A DNA stretch of 64,000 nucleotides, taken from positions 11,106-75,105 of the forward strand of contig JAAYUE010000013.1 of the NCBI GenBank assembly GCA_012517905.1. The letters run 5' to 3'. This document shows positions 25,899 to 34,485 of this stretch, piece by piece. The DNA is from Clostridiales bacterium (lineage in GTDB: Bacteria > Bacillota > Clostridia > Christensenellales > CAG-138). Numbering within the stretch: position 1 is the stretch's first letter; the number at the start of each line of letters is the position of its first letter. The notes beneath the pieces were generated by a model. The model was not told where the DNA came from, did no database searches, and saw only the letters and a list, made by a program, of their open reading frames with translations. The position numbers and the translations under genes are program-made.

Positions 25899-27688
25899 GC
25901 GAACTATTGGGCGGCTGGAAACGCACGAACTACTGCGCAAATTTCACCACGGCCGACGCGGGAAAAGAGATCACCCTGATGGGCTGGACCAACGTGCGCC
26001 GCGACCTCGGCGCGCTGGTGTTTGTGCAGTTACGGGACCGCACGGGCATCATGCAGATCGTATTCAACAGCGAGACGCTGAGCGCGGAGGATTTCGCGCG
26101 CGCCTGCACGATCCGCTCGGAATACGTGCTGGCCGTGCGCGGCAGGCTCGTGCTGCGCACCGGCGATATGGTCAACAGGAATATGCCGACCGGCGAGCTG
26201 GAAGTGCTCGTGAGCGAATTCAAAATTCTCAGCAAGAGCGAGACCACGCCGTTTGAAATCACCGACGAGTGCAAGGCAAACGAACTGCTGCGCCTGAAAT
26301 ACCGCTATCTCGACCTGCGCCGCCCCGCGATGCAGAAAAACCTGATCATGCGGCACAAGATCGCGTTTTTGACGCGCGAATACTTCACCGAGCAGAATTT
26401 TCTCGAGATCGAAACGCCGATTCTGACCAAGAGCACGCCGGAGGGCGCGCGGGACTACCTCGTGCCGAGCCGCGTGCATCCGGGCAAGTTCTACGCACTG
26501 CCGCAGAGCCCGCAGCTGTTTAAGCAGCTGCTCATGCTCGCGGGATACGATCGCTATTTCCAGATCGCCCGCTGTTTTCGGGACGAAGACCTGCGGGCGG
26601 ACCGTCAGCCGGATTTCACGCAGATCGACATCGAAATGTCGTTTGTCGAGGAAGAGGATGTCCGCAGCGTCAACGAAGGGTTCCTCAAGCGCCTGTTCAA
26701 GGAGACGCTGAATGTGGACGTTCAGACGCCGCTGCCGAGGCTGAAGTATGTGGACGCGATGGCGCGCTACGGTTCGGACAAGCCGGATACGCGCTTTGGG
26801 CTCGAGCTGGTCGATTTGACGGATATCTTCCGAAACAGCGAGTTCTCCATGTTTCAGAACGCCATCGCGGCGGGCGGCAGCATCCGCGCCGTCAACGCCA
26901 AGGGCGCGAGCGCGTCGTTTTCGCGCAAGGAGCTGGACGCGCTCGGTGAGTTCGTCAAGACCTATCGTGCGAAGGGGCTCATCTGGATGAACGACAAGGC
27001 GGACGGCCTCGCCTCGCCTGTGCTCAAGTTTCTTTCCGAGAGCGAAATCGCAGCCGTGCGCAAAACCGCGGACTTCGAGCAGGGCGACGTGCTGTTCGTC
27101 GTTGCGGACGTCGATAAGACCGTATTCGCCTCGCTCGGCGCGCTGCGCCTCAAGCTCGCGGAGAAGCTCGACCTGATCCCGAAAGACAAATACAACCTGC
27201 TCTGGGTGACGGAGTTTCCGCTGCTCGAGTGGGACGAGGAGGAGCAGCGCTTCAGCGCCATGCACCATCCGTTTACCAGCCCCATGGACGAGGATCTCGA
27301 AAAGCTCGCCACCGACCCCGGCAGTGTCCGCGCCAAAGCCTACGACATCGTGCTCAACGGCGTGGAGATCGGCGGCGGCTCCATTCGTATCCATTCGCAG
27401 GAGCTGCAAAAGCAGATGTTCCGCGCGCTCGGCTTTACGGACGAGCAGGCGGAATACCGCTTCGGCTTCCTCATGGATGCCTTCCGCTTCGGCCCGCCGC
27501 CGCACGGCGGAATGGCCTACGGCCTCGACCGCCTCGCGATGCTGATCACGGGGTCTTCGAGCATTCGGGACGTCATTGCGTTCCCCAAAGTGCAAAACGC
27601 GTCCTGCCCGATGACCGGCGCGCCGGACTTCGTGGACGACAAACAGCTGACCGAACTCAACATTGCCTGTACAAAGGTGGAGGAATAG
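25895..27688 (+). CDS. aspS: aspartate--tRNA ligase
   Basis: 597 aa with an OB anticodon-binding N-terminus, QSPQLFKQLLM, FRDEDLRADRQPDFTQ, and GGGSIRIH. Its start overlaps the hisS stop. Confidence 0.96.
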   Translation: MSELLGGWKRTNYCANFTTADAGKEITLMGWTNVRRDLGALVFVQLRDRTGIMQIVFNSETLSAEDFARACTIRSEYVLAVRGRLVLRTGDMVNRNMPTGELEVLVSEFKILSKSETTPFEITDECKANELLRLKYRYLDLRRPAMQKNLIMRHKIAFLTREYFTEQNFLEIETPILTKSTPEGARDYLVPSRVHPGKFYALPQSPQLFKQLLMLAGYDRYFQIARCFRDEDLRADRQPDFTQIDIEMSFVEEEDVRSVNEGFLKRLFKETLNVDVQTPLPRLKYVDAMARYGSDKPDTRFGLELVDLTDIFRNSEFSMFQNAIAAGGSIRAVNAKGASASFSRKELDALGEFVKTYRAKGLIWMNDKADGLASPVLKFLSESEIAAVRKTADFEQGDVLFVVADVDKTVFASLGALRLKLAEKLDLIPKDKYNLLWVTEFPLLEWDEEEQRFSAMHHPFTSPMDEDLEKLATDPGSVRAKAYDIVLNGVEIGGGSIRIHSQELQKQMFRALGFTDEQAEYRFGFLMDAFRFGPPPHGGMAYGLDRLAMLITGSSSIRDVIAFPKVQNASCPMTGAPDFVDDKQLTELNIACTKVEE

Positions 27689-27692
27689 ATCG

Positions 27693-28115
27693 TTGGAAAC
27701 CGCGGGCGCACATATCGGCATCGTGACCGAACTGACCGGAACCGACGCGAAAGTCCGCTTTCTGCGCAGTTCCGCCTGCGCGCACTGCGGCGCGTGCCTG
27801 ACGGTTGGAGACTGCGAGATGGAAGTTTCGCTGCCCAATACGCTCGGCGCGGCGGTGGGCGATCGCGTCGCGGTGGATATCTCGCCAAAGCGCGTGGTGC
27901 AGGCGAGCCTGCTGGCTTACGCCGTGCCGCTGGCGTTGCTCGTCGGCGGCGTGTTGCTCGGCAGCCGGATTGCGGACTGGGCGGGGCTCGCGCTCGGCGT
28001 TGCCGCCTGCGGCATCGGATACCTGATCCTTCGGCTCGTCGAAAAGCGAAACCGGAGCAAGCGGAGCTTTCAGCCGCGCATGACGCGCATCCTCGACGCG
28101 GACGAAGAGGCATAA
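27693..28115 (+). CDS. RseC/MucC (SoxR-reducing system) family membrane protein
   Basis: The pattern GIVTELTGTDAKVRFLRSSACAHCGAC followed by two TM helices fits the family. TTG 27693 lies 9 nt after GGAGG, and ATG 27663 (the track start) is in frame but overlaps aspS. Confidence 0.75.
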   Translation: METAGAHIGIVTELTGTDAKVRFLRSSACAHCGACLTVGDCEMEVSLPNTLGAAVGDRVAVDISPKRVVQASLLAYAVPLALLVGGVLLGSRIADWAGLALGVAACGIGYLILRLVEKRNRSKRSFQPRMTRILDADEEA

Positions 28116-28220
28116 GCCGCCGCCGCAGCACCGACCCGCACATGCGAATCGTCAGGCGCCGGGCGTCATGCGTTCCGGTACGCCTTGCTGAAATAACGAC
28201 AAGGATGGGAAAGAGGCAAC

Positions 28221-29468
28221 ATGACTTTAAGAACGTCTCACGAATTCGTATCGCAGTTTGATCCGGAAGTCGGCCATGCGATGGGGCTGGAGCTCGGCCG
28301 CCAGCGCGACCACATCGAACTCATCGCATCGGAAAACTTTGTTTCGCCCGCAGTGCTCGCCGCGCTTGGCAGCCCGCTGACCAACAAATATGCGGAGGGG
28401 TACCCCGGCAACCGCTATTACGGCGTCTGCGAATATGTGGATATGGTGGAGACCCTCGCCATCGAGCGCGCAAAGAAGCTCTTTCACGCCGATCACGCCA
28501 ACGTGCAGCCGCACGCGGGCTCACCGGCGAACCTCGCGGCGTATTACGCGCTGCTCCAGCCGGGCGACACCGTGCTGGCCATGAACCTCAACCATGGCGG
28601 ACACCTCACGCACGGGCGCAAGGTCAACGAAAGCGGCAAGCTCTACAACTTTGTGCACTACGGCGTTTCCGAGGAGACGGGTTATATCGACTACGACGAG
28701 ATGGAGCGCCTCGCGCACGAGCATCTGCCGAAGCTGATCGTCGCGGGCGCAAGCGCATATTCGCGCGAGTTTGATTTCGAGCGGTTCGGAAAGGTCGCAA
28801 AGGACGTCGGCGCGTATTTCATGGTGGACATGGCGCATATCTCCGGCCTCATCGCGACGGGCGAGCACGTCAGCCCGTTTCCGTATGCGGACGTGGTTAC
28901 GTCTACGACGCACAAGACCCTCCGCGGCCCGCGCGGCGGCATGATCCTCTGCAAGGAGGAGTTGGCGACGAAGATCGACAAGGCCGTGTTTCCCGGGCTG
29001 CAGGGCGGCCCGCTGATGCACGTCATCGCCGCGAAGGCCGTGTGCTTCCACGAGGCGATGCAGCCGGAGTTTAAAGCGTATCAGCATCAGATCGTGCTCA
29101 ACGCAAAGGAGCTGGCAAAGTCGCTGCAGGACAACGGGCTGAAGATATTCTCCGGCGGAACGGACACGCACATGATGCTCGTCGATCTGCGGGAGCTGGA
29201 CGTTACGGGCATGCGGGTGCAGACGCTGCTGGACGAGGCACACATCACCGCAAACCGCAACGCGATTCCGTTCGACACGCGGAACAAGGCGGAGACGAGC
29301 GGCATGCGTTTCGGTACGCCGGCGGCGACCACACGGGGGATGAAGGAGCCGGAGATGCGGCAAATCGGCAATCTGATCACGCGCATCATCAAAGAGGGCG
29401 AGGCGGCGGTGCCGCAGGTCAAGGAGGAAGTGCTTGCGTTGTGCAAGCGGTTCCCGCTGTATGAATAA
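28221..29468 (+). CDS. glyA: serine hydroxymethyltransferase
   Basis: 415 aa with the PLP site [14 protein letters not shown]. Confidence 0.96.
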   Translation: MTLRTSHEFVSQFDPEVGHAMGLELGRQRDHIELIASENFVSPAVLAALGSPLTNKYAEGYPGNRYYGVCEYVDMVETLAIERAKKLFHADHANVQPHAGSPANLAAYYALLQPGDTVLAMNLNHGGHLTHGRKVNESGKLYNFVHYGVSEETGYIDYDEMERLAHEHLPKLIVAGASAYSREFDFERFGKVAKDVGAYFMVDMAHISGLIATGEHVSPFPYADVVTSTTHKTLRGPRGGMILCKEELATKIDKAVFPGLQGGPLMHVIAAKAVCFHEAMQPEFKAYQHQIVLNAKELAKSLQDNGLKIFSGGTDTHMMLVDLRELDVTGMRVQTLLDEAHITANRNAIPFDTRNKAETSGMRFGTPAATTRGMKEPEMRQIGNLITRIIKEGEAAVPQVKEEVLALCKRFPLYE

Positions 29469-29481
29469 GTAGGGGTTTGAT

Positions 29482-29507
29482 AAGGGCGCACCTGATGGTG
29501 CGCCCTT
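29482..29507 (+). terminator. perfect 11-bp hairpin after glyA, with no U-tract
   Basis: AAGGGCGCACC-TGAT-GGTGCGCCCTT is followed by GCACTAAAGGAGA rather than a T-run, so it may be leaky or only an mRNA-stabilising hairpin. Confidence 0.45.
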
Positions 29508-29508
29508 G

Positions 29509-30397
29509 CACTAAAGGAGATCATATGAGTAAACATCCGTTGTATAAAATAATATTTATCATATTTGTTGGCGCAATAATTATATGTATTCCTTTAGGTG
29601 TTGCAAGACTAATGGACGTTAATAGCTTTATCTGGATGGAAACTGATAACGATTGGATCGGATTTTGGGGAGGTTATTTAGGAGGAATAGTTACACTATT
29701 CGGCGTTTTTTTAACAATTATGTTCACAAGAAAAGATGAAGCAACTAGACAAAAGCTTTCTATTAGGCCTTATATTAATATTGAGAGTTTATATAATAAT
29801 AATATTACCGAATTTCATTCAACACCTCTTGAAGTTTGCGTTGATGAATTATCAGACACAAATAGTAATGATTATTCTATACGTATAAATGAATTAATTA
29901 TACTTTGCAAAATTAAAAATGTCGGGTCAGGCACGGCAATAAATTGTAGAATGAAACGATTTTATTTTGAGAATAAATGCTTTGACTCAACAACGAAAAT
30001 TCTTCCCGCGCTGCAAATGGATGGTACTAGTTATATCAGGGTTGAAATGTCAAATATTAACTTGCAAAGAAAAGATTTGTCATTGAGATTTCTAAATGGA
30101 AACAAGAATTTAAAAGATGATTTAAGTAATAAAGAAGATTCAAAAGCATTTGTTAAATTAGAGTTGAGTTTCGAAGATTTACTTGGCAATCAACTCGCAC
30201 AAGAATATATTATTTACATTCAAATCTTAGAAAGAATACCTGTAATATTGAGTAAAGAAGCATCGTTATTTATCGAGAACATTAGTAAGCCTAACGAATA
30301 TTCAAAATAAGATTTTTAATTAAATATAATGTTTAAAAACAACTACTTATTTGCCATTGCTTTGTATAATATAAATAAATCTAAAAAGGAGAAAAGT
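29509..30397 (+). other. sharply bounded low-GC segment (putative horizontally acquired single-gene cassette)
   Basis: Hand GC counts: 21/60 (29581-29640) and 18/60 (29821-29880) inside, against 34/60 (29341-29400) and 35/60 (30421-30480) outside. The boundaries coincide with CTAAAGGAGA (29511-29520) and CTAAAAAGGAGA (30381-30392). Confidence 0.75.
29525..30310 (+). CDS. hypothetical membrane protein: two N-terminal TM helices plus a ~190-aa beta-rich C-terminal domain
   Basis: ATG 29525 follows AAGGAGA. TM1 is KIIFIIFVGAIIICIPLGV and TM2 is WIGFWGGYLGGIVTLFGVFLTIMF. The K/N/I-rich composition mirrors the low-GC DNA. I recognise no family. Confidence 0.75.
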   Translation: MSKHPLYKIIFIIFVGAIIICIPLGVARLMDVNSFIWMETDNDWIGFWGGYLGGIVTLFGVFLTIMFTRKDEATRQKLSIRPYINIESLYNNNITEFHSTPLEVCVDELSDTNSNDYSIRINELIILCKIKNVGSGTAINCRMKRFYFENKCFDSTTKILPALQMDGTSYIRVEMSNINLQRKDLSLRFLNGNKNLKDDLSNKEDSKAFVKLELSFEDLLGNQLAQEYIIYIQILERIPVILSKEASLFIENISKPNEYSK

Positions 30398-31033
30398 TTG
30401 GACCCTTCAAAACTCTACGTCGAATATTACGCCAAACTCCACGCCGACCGCGCGATGAAACTCTGGCCGTTCCTGCTGCAAAAGAGCGAACGCCCGGACT
30501 TCATCAGCAAGCGCCGCGAACTCGGCATGGAAGTTACCCGCGCGGCCATTGAGCAATGGGCGCAGCAGGAGGCGGACATGAACCGCGCCTTTGGCGACGA
30601 AATGCCCGGCGAGGCGATCGAGCAGAGCATTCTCGCGGACTGCGACGCCTCCGGCAACGCGAGCAACGAGCAAAGCCCGATCTTCGAGCTGCCGCAGGAA
30701 GTCAAGGACATGCACATCGGCCGCATCCTCGAGCGCATCGCCGACAAGACCCGCTCGCTCAAGGAATACCAGCGTTGCCGCGAAAACTGGCTCTACATCT
30801 TCAGCGAAACCACGGGTCTCGACCGCGAAGACATGCTTCGCGTGCAGGTATACGTGGACGCGCTGGAGACACAGCCGCGCTTCGACCAGATTCTTGTCAA
30901 GGTCGGCTGCCTGCTGTATGTGCTGCGGCAGGGGGAGACGCTCAGCGCGGTTCCGCTCGGCGGGCGGACGCTGTATCGCCTGCACCTGCGGGCAAAGCGA
31001 TTGTCGGTCGCAGAAAGCAAAGCGCAAAAATAA
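30398..31033 (+). CDS. hypothetical protein (211 aa) with a possible PD-(D/E)xK-like motif arrangement
   Basis: TTG 30398 lies 6 nt after AAGGAG, exactly where GC content returns to ~58%. ATG 30329 (the track start) lies in AT-rich DNA and has no RBS. The motif string YVEYY...SERPDFISKRRELGMEVTRA is discussed under findings. Confidence 0.65.
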   Translation: MDPSKLYVEYYAKLHADRAMKLWPFLLQKSERPDFISKRRELGMEVTRAAIEQWAQQEADMNRAFGDEMPGEAIEQSILADCDASGNASNEQSPIFELPQEVKDMHIGRILERIADKTRSLKEYQRCRENWLYIFSETTGLDREDMLRVQVYVDALETQPRFDQILVKVGCLLYVLRQGETLSAVPLGGRTLYRLHLRAKRLSVAESKAQK

Positions 31034-31079
31034 CTTCGCAACACGCGCCGCCGCGGATTAGGGCGGACGGGGGAACGAT

Positions 31080-31346
31080 ATGAAGACGGATTTCGACCTC
31101 ATTCGTGCGCATGAGTTCTGCACGGGACACCGCGCGCAGCTGCAGCAGGACCAAATCTGCGGGTGTTTCTATTGCCTGCGCCTCTTTCACCCGCGCGAGA
31201 TTACGGAGTGGATCGACGAGCCGGGCGGCACGGCGCTCTGCCCGCATTGCGGAATCGACGCGGTCATCGGCGAAAGCTCCCGCCTGCCGATGACGAAGGA
31301 CTTTCTCAGGCGGATGCATCAATACTGGTTCACGGAGTCCGAATAA
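31080..31346 (+). CDS. small zinc-ribbon protein (88 aa), function unknown
   Basis: C29-x2-C32 and C54-x2-C57 (CFYC...CPHC) with additional Cys14 and Cys27. GGGGGA lies upstream of the ATG. Codon usage is native high-GC. Confidence 0.7.
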   Translation: MKTDFDLIRAHEFCTGHRAQLQQDQICGCFYCLRLFHPREITEWIDEPGGTALCPHCGIDAVIGESSRLPMTKDFLRRMHQYWFTESE

Positions 31347-31390
31347 GCGCGCCGACGCAGTGGAAAGCGCCCGCGCTTCGTGCAAGTATA

Positions 31391-31425
31391 AAACAAAAAA
31401 CGCCCCGATTGGGACGTTTTTCTCG
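31391..31425. terminator. shared hairpin terminator between the zinc-ribbon gene (+) and tRNA-Ala (-)
   Basis: AAACAAAAAA-CGCCCC-GATT-GGGACG-TTTTT. The stem has a G-U wobble when read on the minus-strand RNA and a C-A mismatch on the plus-strand RNA. U-tracts are available in both directions. Confidence 0.6.
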
Positions 31426-31427
31426 TT

Positions 31428-31504
31428 TGGTGGAGCTTACCGGATTCGAACCGGTGATCTCTACACTGCCAGTGTAGCGCGATAGCCAACTTCGCTAAAG
31501 CCCC
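31428..31504 (-). tRNA. tRNA-Ala (anticodon GGC), CCA encoded
   Basis: The reverse complement folds by hand as GGGGCTT-TA-GCGA-AGTTGGCTA-TCGC-G-CTACA-CTGGCAG-TGTAG-AGATC-ACCGG-TTCGAAT-CCGGT-AAGCTCC-ACCA. The G3:U70 alanine identity pair is present and the T-loop is TTCGAAT. Confidence 0.92.
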
Positions 31505-31518
31505 GAGCCGCATGTGCT

Positions 31519-31547
31519 ATTATAGTGGAAACCCGGAGGTTTGTAAA
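31519..31547 (-). promoter_or_regulatory. promoter of tRNA-Ala
   Basis: The minus strand reads TTTACA, a 17-nt spacer, then TATAAT, about 14 nt before the tRNA 5' end. An A/T-rich stretch lies upstream. Confidence 0.65.
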
Positions 31548-31719
31548 GACCGAATTTTGCGTGCGCGGGCCGTTTTTTTTCATCCAAACTTGGTTTAGCG
31601 CGCAAGGCGCCGGTGCTGCCGCACGCTCCGCGCCGGTCGGCCGATTATCTTTCTTGTAAGTGAAAGATGCGGAAAAGTATGAACTTTTTGCGGCTTTCAT
31701 GCAAGCCGCGCCGCCGCTA

Positions 31720-31728
31720 TGCTATAAT
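31720..31728 (+). promoter_or_regulatory. extended -10 element (TGcTATAAT) upstream of the PBP1A gene
   Basis: TGCTATAAT lies ~30 nt upstream of ATG 31759. The -35 is weak. This placement argues against the track start at 31660. Confidence 0.5.
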
Positions 31729-31758
31729 AGCGACGACTTTATCGAGGTGAACGATCGA

Positions 31759-34485
31759 ATGGCAAACAGCAATCCGTTCTTTCGGCTGGAGTCGACAGAC
31801 GGCCCGGCCCGGACAGATTCCGCACACGAAGGAAACGAACCGCTCTTCACCGAGCGGAAAAAGCCGCGCTCTTTTGCGCTTGCGGTCGTGTTTACGTCGC
31901 TCAAGCTCACGGTGCTGGCGTTCATCGTCGTCGGCTTCATCGGCATGGGCCTGCTGCTCGGCGTGGTGAAAGCGTATGTCGAGACGACGCCGACGCTGGA
32001 CGTCGCGCAGCTCACGATTTCGGACTACACCAGCTACCTCTACGACATGAACGGCGATCTGATCAGCTCGATTGCGGACGTGGAATACCGCGACTGGGTG
32101 GACATCGAAAACATCCCTGACATGCTGAAAAACGCGTTTATCGCCGTGGAGGACGTGCGCTTTTACAAGCACAGCGGCGTGGACTTCAAGCGCCTCTTTT
32201 CCGCCGCGCTGGAAATCCTCGGCAACAGCAACTCTTCCGGCGGCAGCACGATTACGCAGCAGCTGATCAAGAATAAAATTCTCGGCTCCCAGCGCAACTA
32301 CAAGCGCAAGATTCAGGAAGCCTACCTCGCGCTCGAGCTCGAAACGCTCATCGACAAGGACACCATCCTCGAAGCGTACTTAAACGACGTGGACCTCGGC
32401 GAGAGCAACTACGGCGTGAAGAGCGGCGCGAAGGACTACTTCGGCAAGGAGCTCTCCGAGCTGACCATCCGCGAGTGCGCGATGCTGGCCGGACTGACGC
32501 AGGCGCCGTACCGCTACGACCCGCGCAAAAACATGTATCAGCGCGACAAGATGGAGGTCACGGACGAGCGCACCAACCAGGTGCTTTCGCGCATGTATCA
32601 GGCGGGCTTCATCACCAAGGATCAATATCAGTCCGCCCTGACGGAGGATGTGCACATCGTCGAGGTCAGCGAGCAGAAGCAGATGTACGATATGGCGTAT
32701 TTCGTCGAATACGCCATCAGCGACGTAGTGACGCACCTGCTTGAAAAGCGGGGGCTGAGCAACACCTCTGCCAACCGCACCGCCGTGGAGAACGAACTGC
32801 GCACGAGCGGGTACCACATCTATACCACGGTCGATCCGACGATTCAGAAGACCGTGCAGGACACGCTGAGCCAGTGGGACAACTATCCCACGCTTGCGGA
32901 TACGTCCAAATCCCTGATGGTTGAGACCAAGGAGGACGGAACGGTCATCGAAACTGTCGAACCGCAGGCCGCCGCGGTCGTGATGGACTATCACACCGGC
33001 GAACTGCGCGCCGTGGTCGGCGGCAGGGACGAGCCGACCGTGCGAAAGGGCATCAACCGCGCGTCGCAGAGCTATACGGAGGTCGGTTCTTCGATCAAGC
33101 CGCTCTCTGTCTACGGCCCGGCGCTGGACCTCGGCTATTCGCCGGCGAGCATCACCTACAACATGGACGGCCCGATCTCCGGCTGGACCACGGAAAAGGG
33201 GTATCCCTCCGGCGGTCTGGACTCGCGCTACGGCCCCGTGACGTTCCGCCGCGCGCTGGTCAGTTCCCTCAACGTGCCCGCCGCGCATATCCTCATGGAC
33301 GACGTTACGCCCGCCATCGCCGCGCAGTATCTCTATGAGCTCGGCGCGACGGAGAGCAAGATCAACGTCGACGGCGCGGGCCTTGCGCTCGGCACCTCCG
33401 GCTTTACGCCGATTCAGATGGCGGCGGCGTATTCGGCCATCGCCAACGAAGGCGTCTATCAGGAGCCGCTGTCGTTTACCAAGGTGCTCGACGCGGACGG
33501 AAACGTGATTCTGGACGCGGACGAGGTGCGGGATACGCACCGGGTCTTTCAGGAGAGCACGGCCTGGCTGCTGGTGGACATGATGACCGACGCGGTCAAG
33601 ACCGGCACGGGCACGAAGGCGAAGATCACGGACATGACCGTTGCGGGCAAGACCGGCACGAACTCCGACTACGCGAGCGTGTACTTTGCGGGCATGACGC
33701 CCTACTATGTTTCCACGCTCTGGGTCGGGCACGACTATCCCGCCAACAAACTCAAAAAAGGCTCCTCCGGCGGCAACGAAGCGGCGCCGCTCTGGCAGGC
33801 GTATATGGCAAAGATTCACGAGGGTCTCGAGGACAAGGCCATCATCGACGCGGACCCGACGTCCCTCGGCCTCGTCAAGCGCACGGTCTGCTCGGTCTCC
33901 GGCCTGCTGGCGACCGACGCCTGCAAGGACGATCCCGACCACAAGCCCGTGACCGAATGGTTCTTGGCGGCCGACGCGCCGACGGAATACTGCGACATGC
34001 ACGTGACGCTGAATATCTGCACGGCGGAAAATGCGCTTGCGACAGAATTCTGTCCGGAGGATTCCGTGGAGCAGGTCAGCTACGTGCTGATTCGTCCGGA
34101 CAACCCGCTGTATAACTTTGACGACGAATACCTGCTCAAGGCGCTGCCGACGGCCGTGCGCACAGAGCTGACGACGGACGAGTTCATCGCGAGCTTCAAG
34201 ACCTGCACGGTGCATTCGGACGGCTCGCTCTCCATCTTCGAGCTCAAGACGCAGTCCCAGGACCTCATACAGCAGGTGCGGGACTATCTGAACACCGCAA
34301 GCGGCATACCGGATGATCTGGCGAACAATCTGCGGGACGACATCGCCGCGCTGGAAGTCGCGCTCAGCGGCTACCAGTACTCCGAGATCGAGCCGCTGTT
34401 TGAAACGCTTTCAAACGATTTCACCGCGCTGCAGAGTTATATGGCCCAGCAGACGCAAGACGGCAACGGAGGCGAAACACCGTGA
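31759..34485 (+). CDS. bifunctional class A penicillin-binding protein (glycosyltransferase GT51 + transpeptidase)
   Basis: GT51 motifs EDVRFYKHSGVD and GGSTITQQL. Transpeptidase motifs SSIKP (SxxK), SLN (SxN) and KTGT. There is an N-terminal TM anchor and a long C-terminal extension. Confidence 0.92.
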   Translation: MANSNPFFRLESTDGPARTDSAHEGNEPLFTERKKPRSFALAVVFTSLKLTVLAFIVVGFIGMGLLLGVVKAYVETTPTLDVAQLTISDYTSYLYDMNGDLISSIADVEYRDWVDIENIPDMLKNAFIAVEDVRFYKHSGVDFKRLFSAALEILGNSNSSGGSTITQQLIKNKILGSQRNYKRKIQEAYLALELETLIDKDTILEAYLNDVDLGESNYGVKSGAKDYFGKELSELTIRECAMLAGLTQAPYRYDPRKNMYQRDKMEVTDERTNQVLSRMYQAGFITKDQYQSALTEDVHIVEVSEQKQMYDMAYFVEYAISDVVTHLLEKRGLSNTSANRTAVENELRTSGYHIYTTVDPTIQKTVQDTLSQWDNYPTLADTSKSLMVETKEDGTVIETVEPQAAAVVMDYHTGELRAVVGGRDEPTVRKGINRASQSYTEVGSSIKPLSVYGPALDLGYSPASITYNMDGPISGWTTEKGYPSGGLDSRYGPVTFRRALVSSLNVPAAHILMDDVTPAIAAQYLYELGATESKINVDGAGLALGTSGFTPIQMAAAYSAIANEGVYQEPLSFTKVLDADGNVILDADEVRDTHRVFQESTAWLLVDMMTDAVKTGTGTKAKITDMTVAGKTGTNSDYASVYFAGMTPYYVSTLWVGHDYPANKLKKGSSGGNEAAPLWQAYMAKIHEGLEDKAIIDADPTSLGLVKRTVCSVSGLLATDACKDDPDHKPVTEWFLAADAPTEYCDMHVTLNICTAENALATEFCPEDSVEQVSYVLIRPDNPLYNFDDEYLLKALPTAVRTELTTDEFIASFKTCTVHSDGSLSIFELKTQSQDLIQQVRDYLNTASGIPDDLANNLRDDIAALEVALSGYQYSEIEPLFETLSNDFTALQSYMAQQTQDGNGGETP

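Noticed and set aside
27689-28220. A 6S RNA or other sRNA downstream of aspS. From memory, which I cannot verify here, B. subtilis has a 6S RNA gene near aspS.
   Set aside because: The space is occupied by an RseC-like CDS and a 105-nt gap, too short for a ~190-nt 6S RNA. No long imperfect hairpin is visible.
29469-29530. A direct repeat of the tRNA-Ala 3' end (attL/attR style) at the glyA-proximal edge of the accessory segment.
   Set aside because: Visual comparison of TGGTGGAGCTTACCGGATTCGAACC with 29469-29530 and 30311-30400 found no match. A computational repeat search is still advisable.
30311-30397. An integron attC site, or IS and transposon ends, flanking the low-GC cassette.
   Set aside because: I found no RYYYAAC...GTTRRRY pair, no terminal inverted repeats, and no integrase or transposase ORF within the window. 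Only the short RBS-like direct repeat is present.
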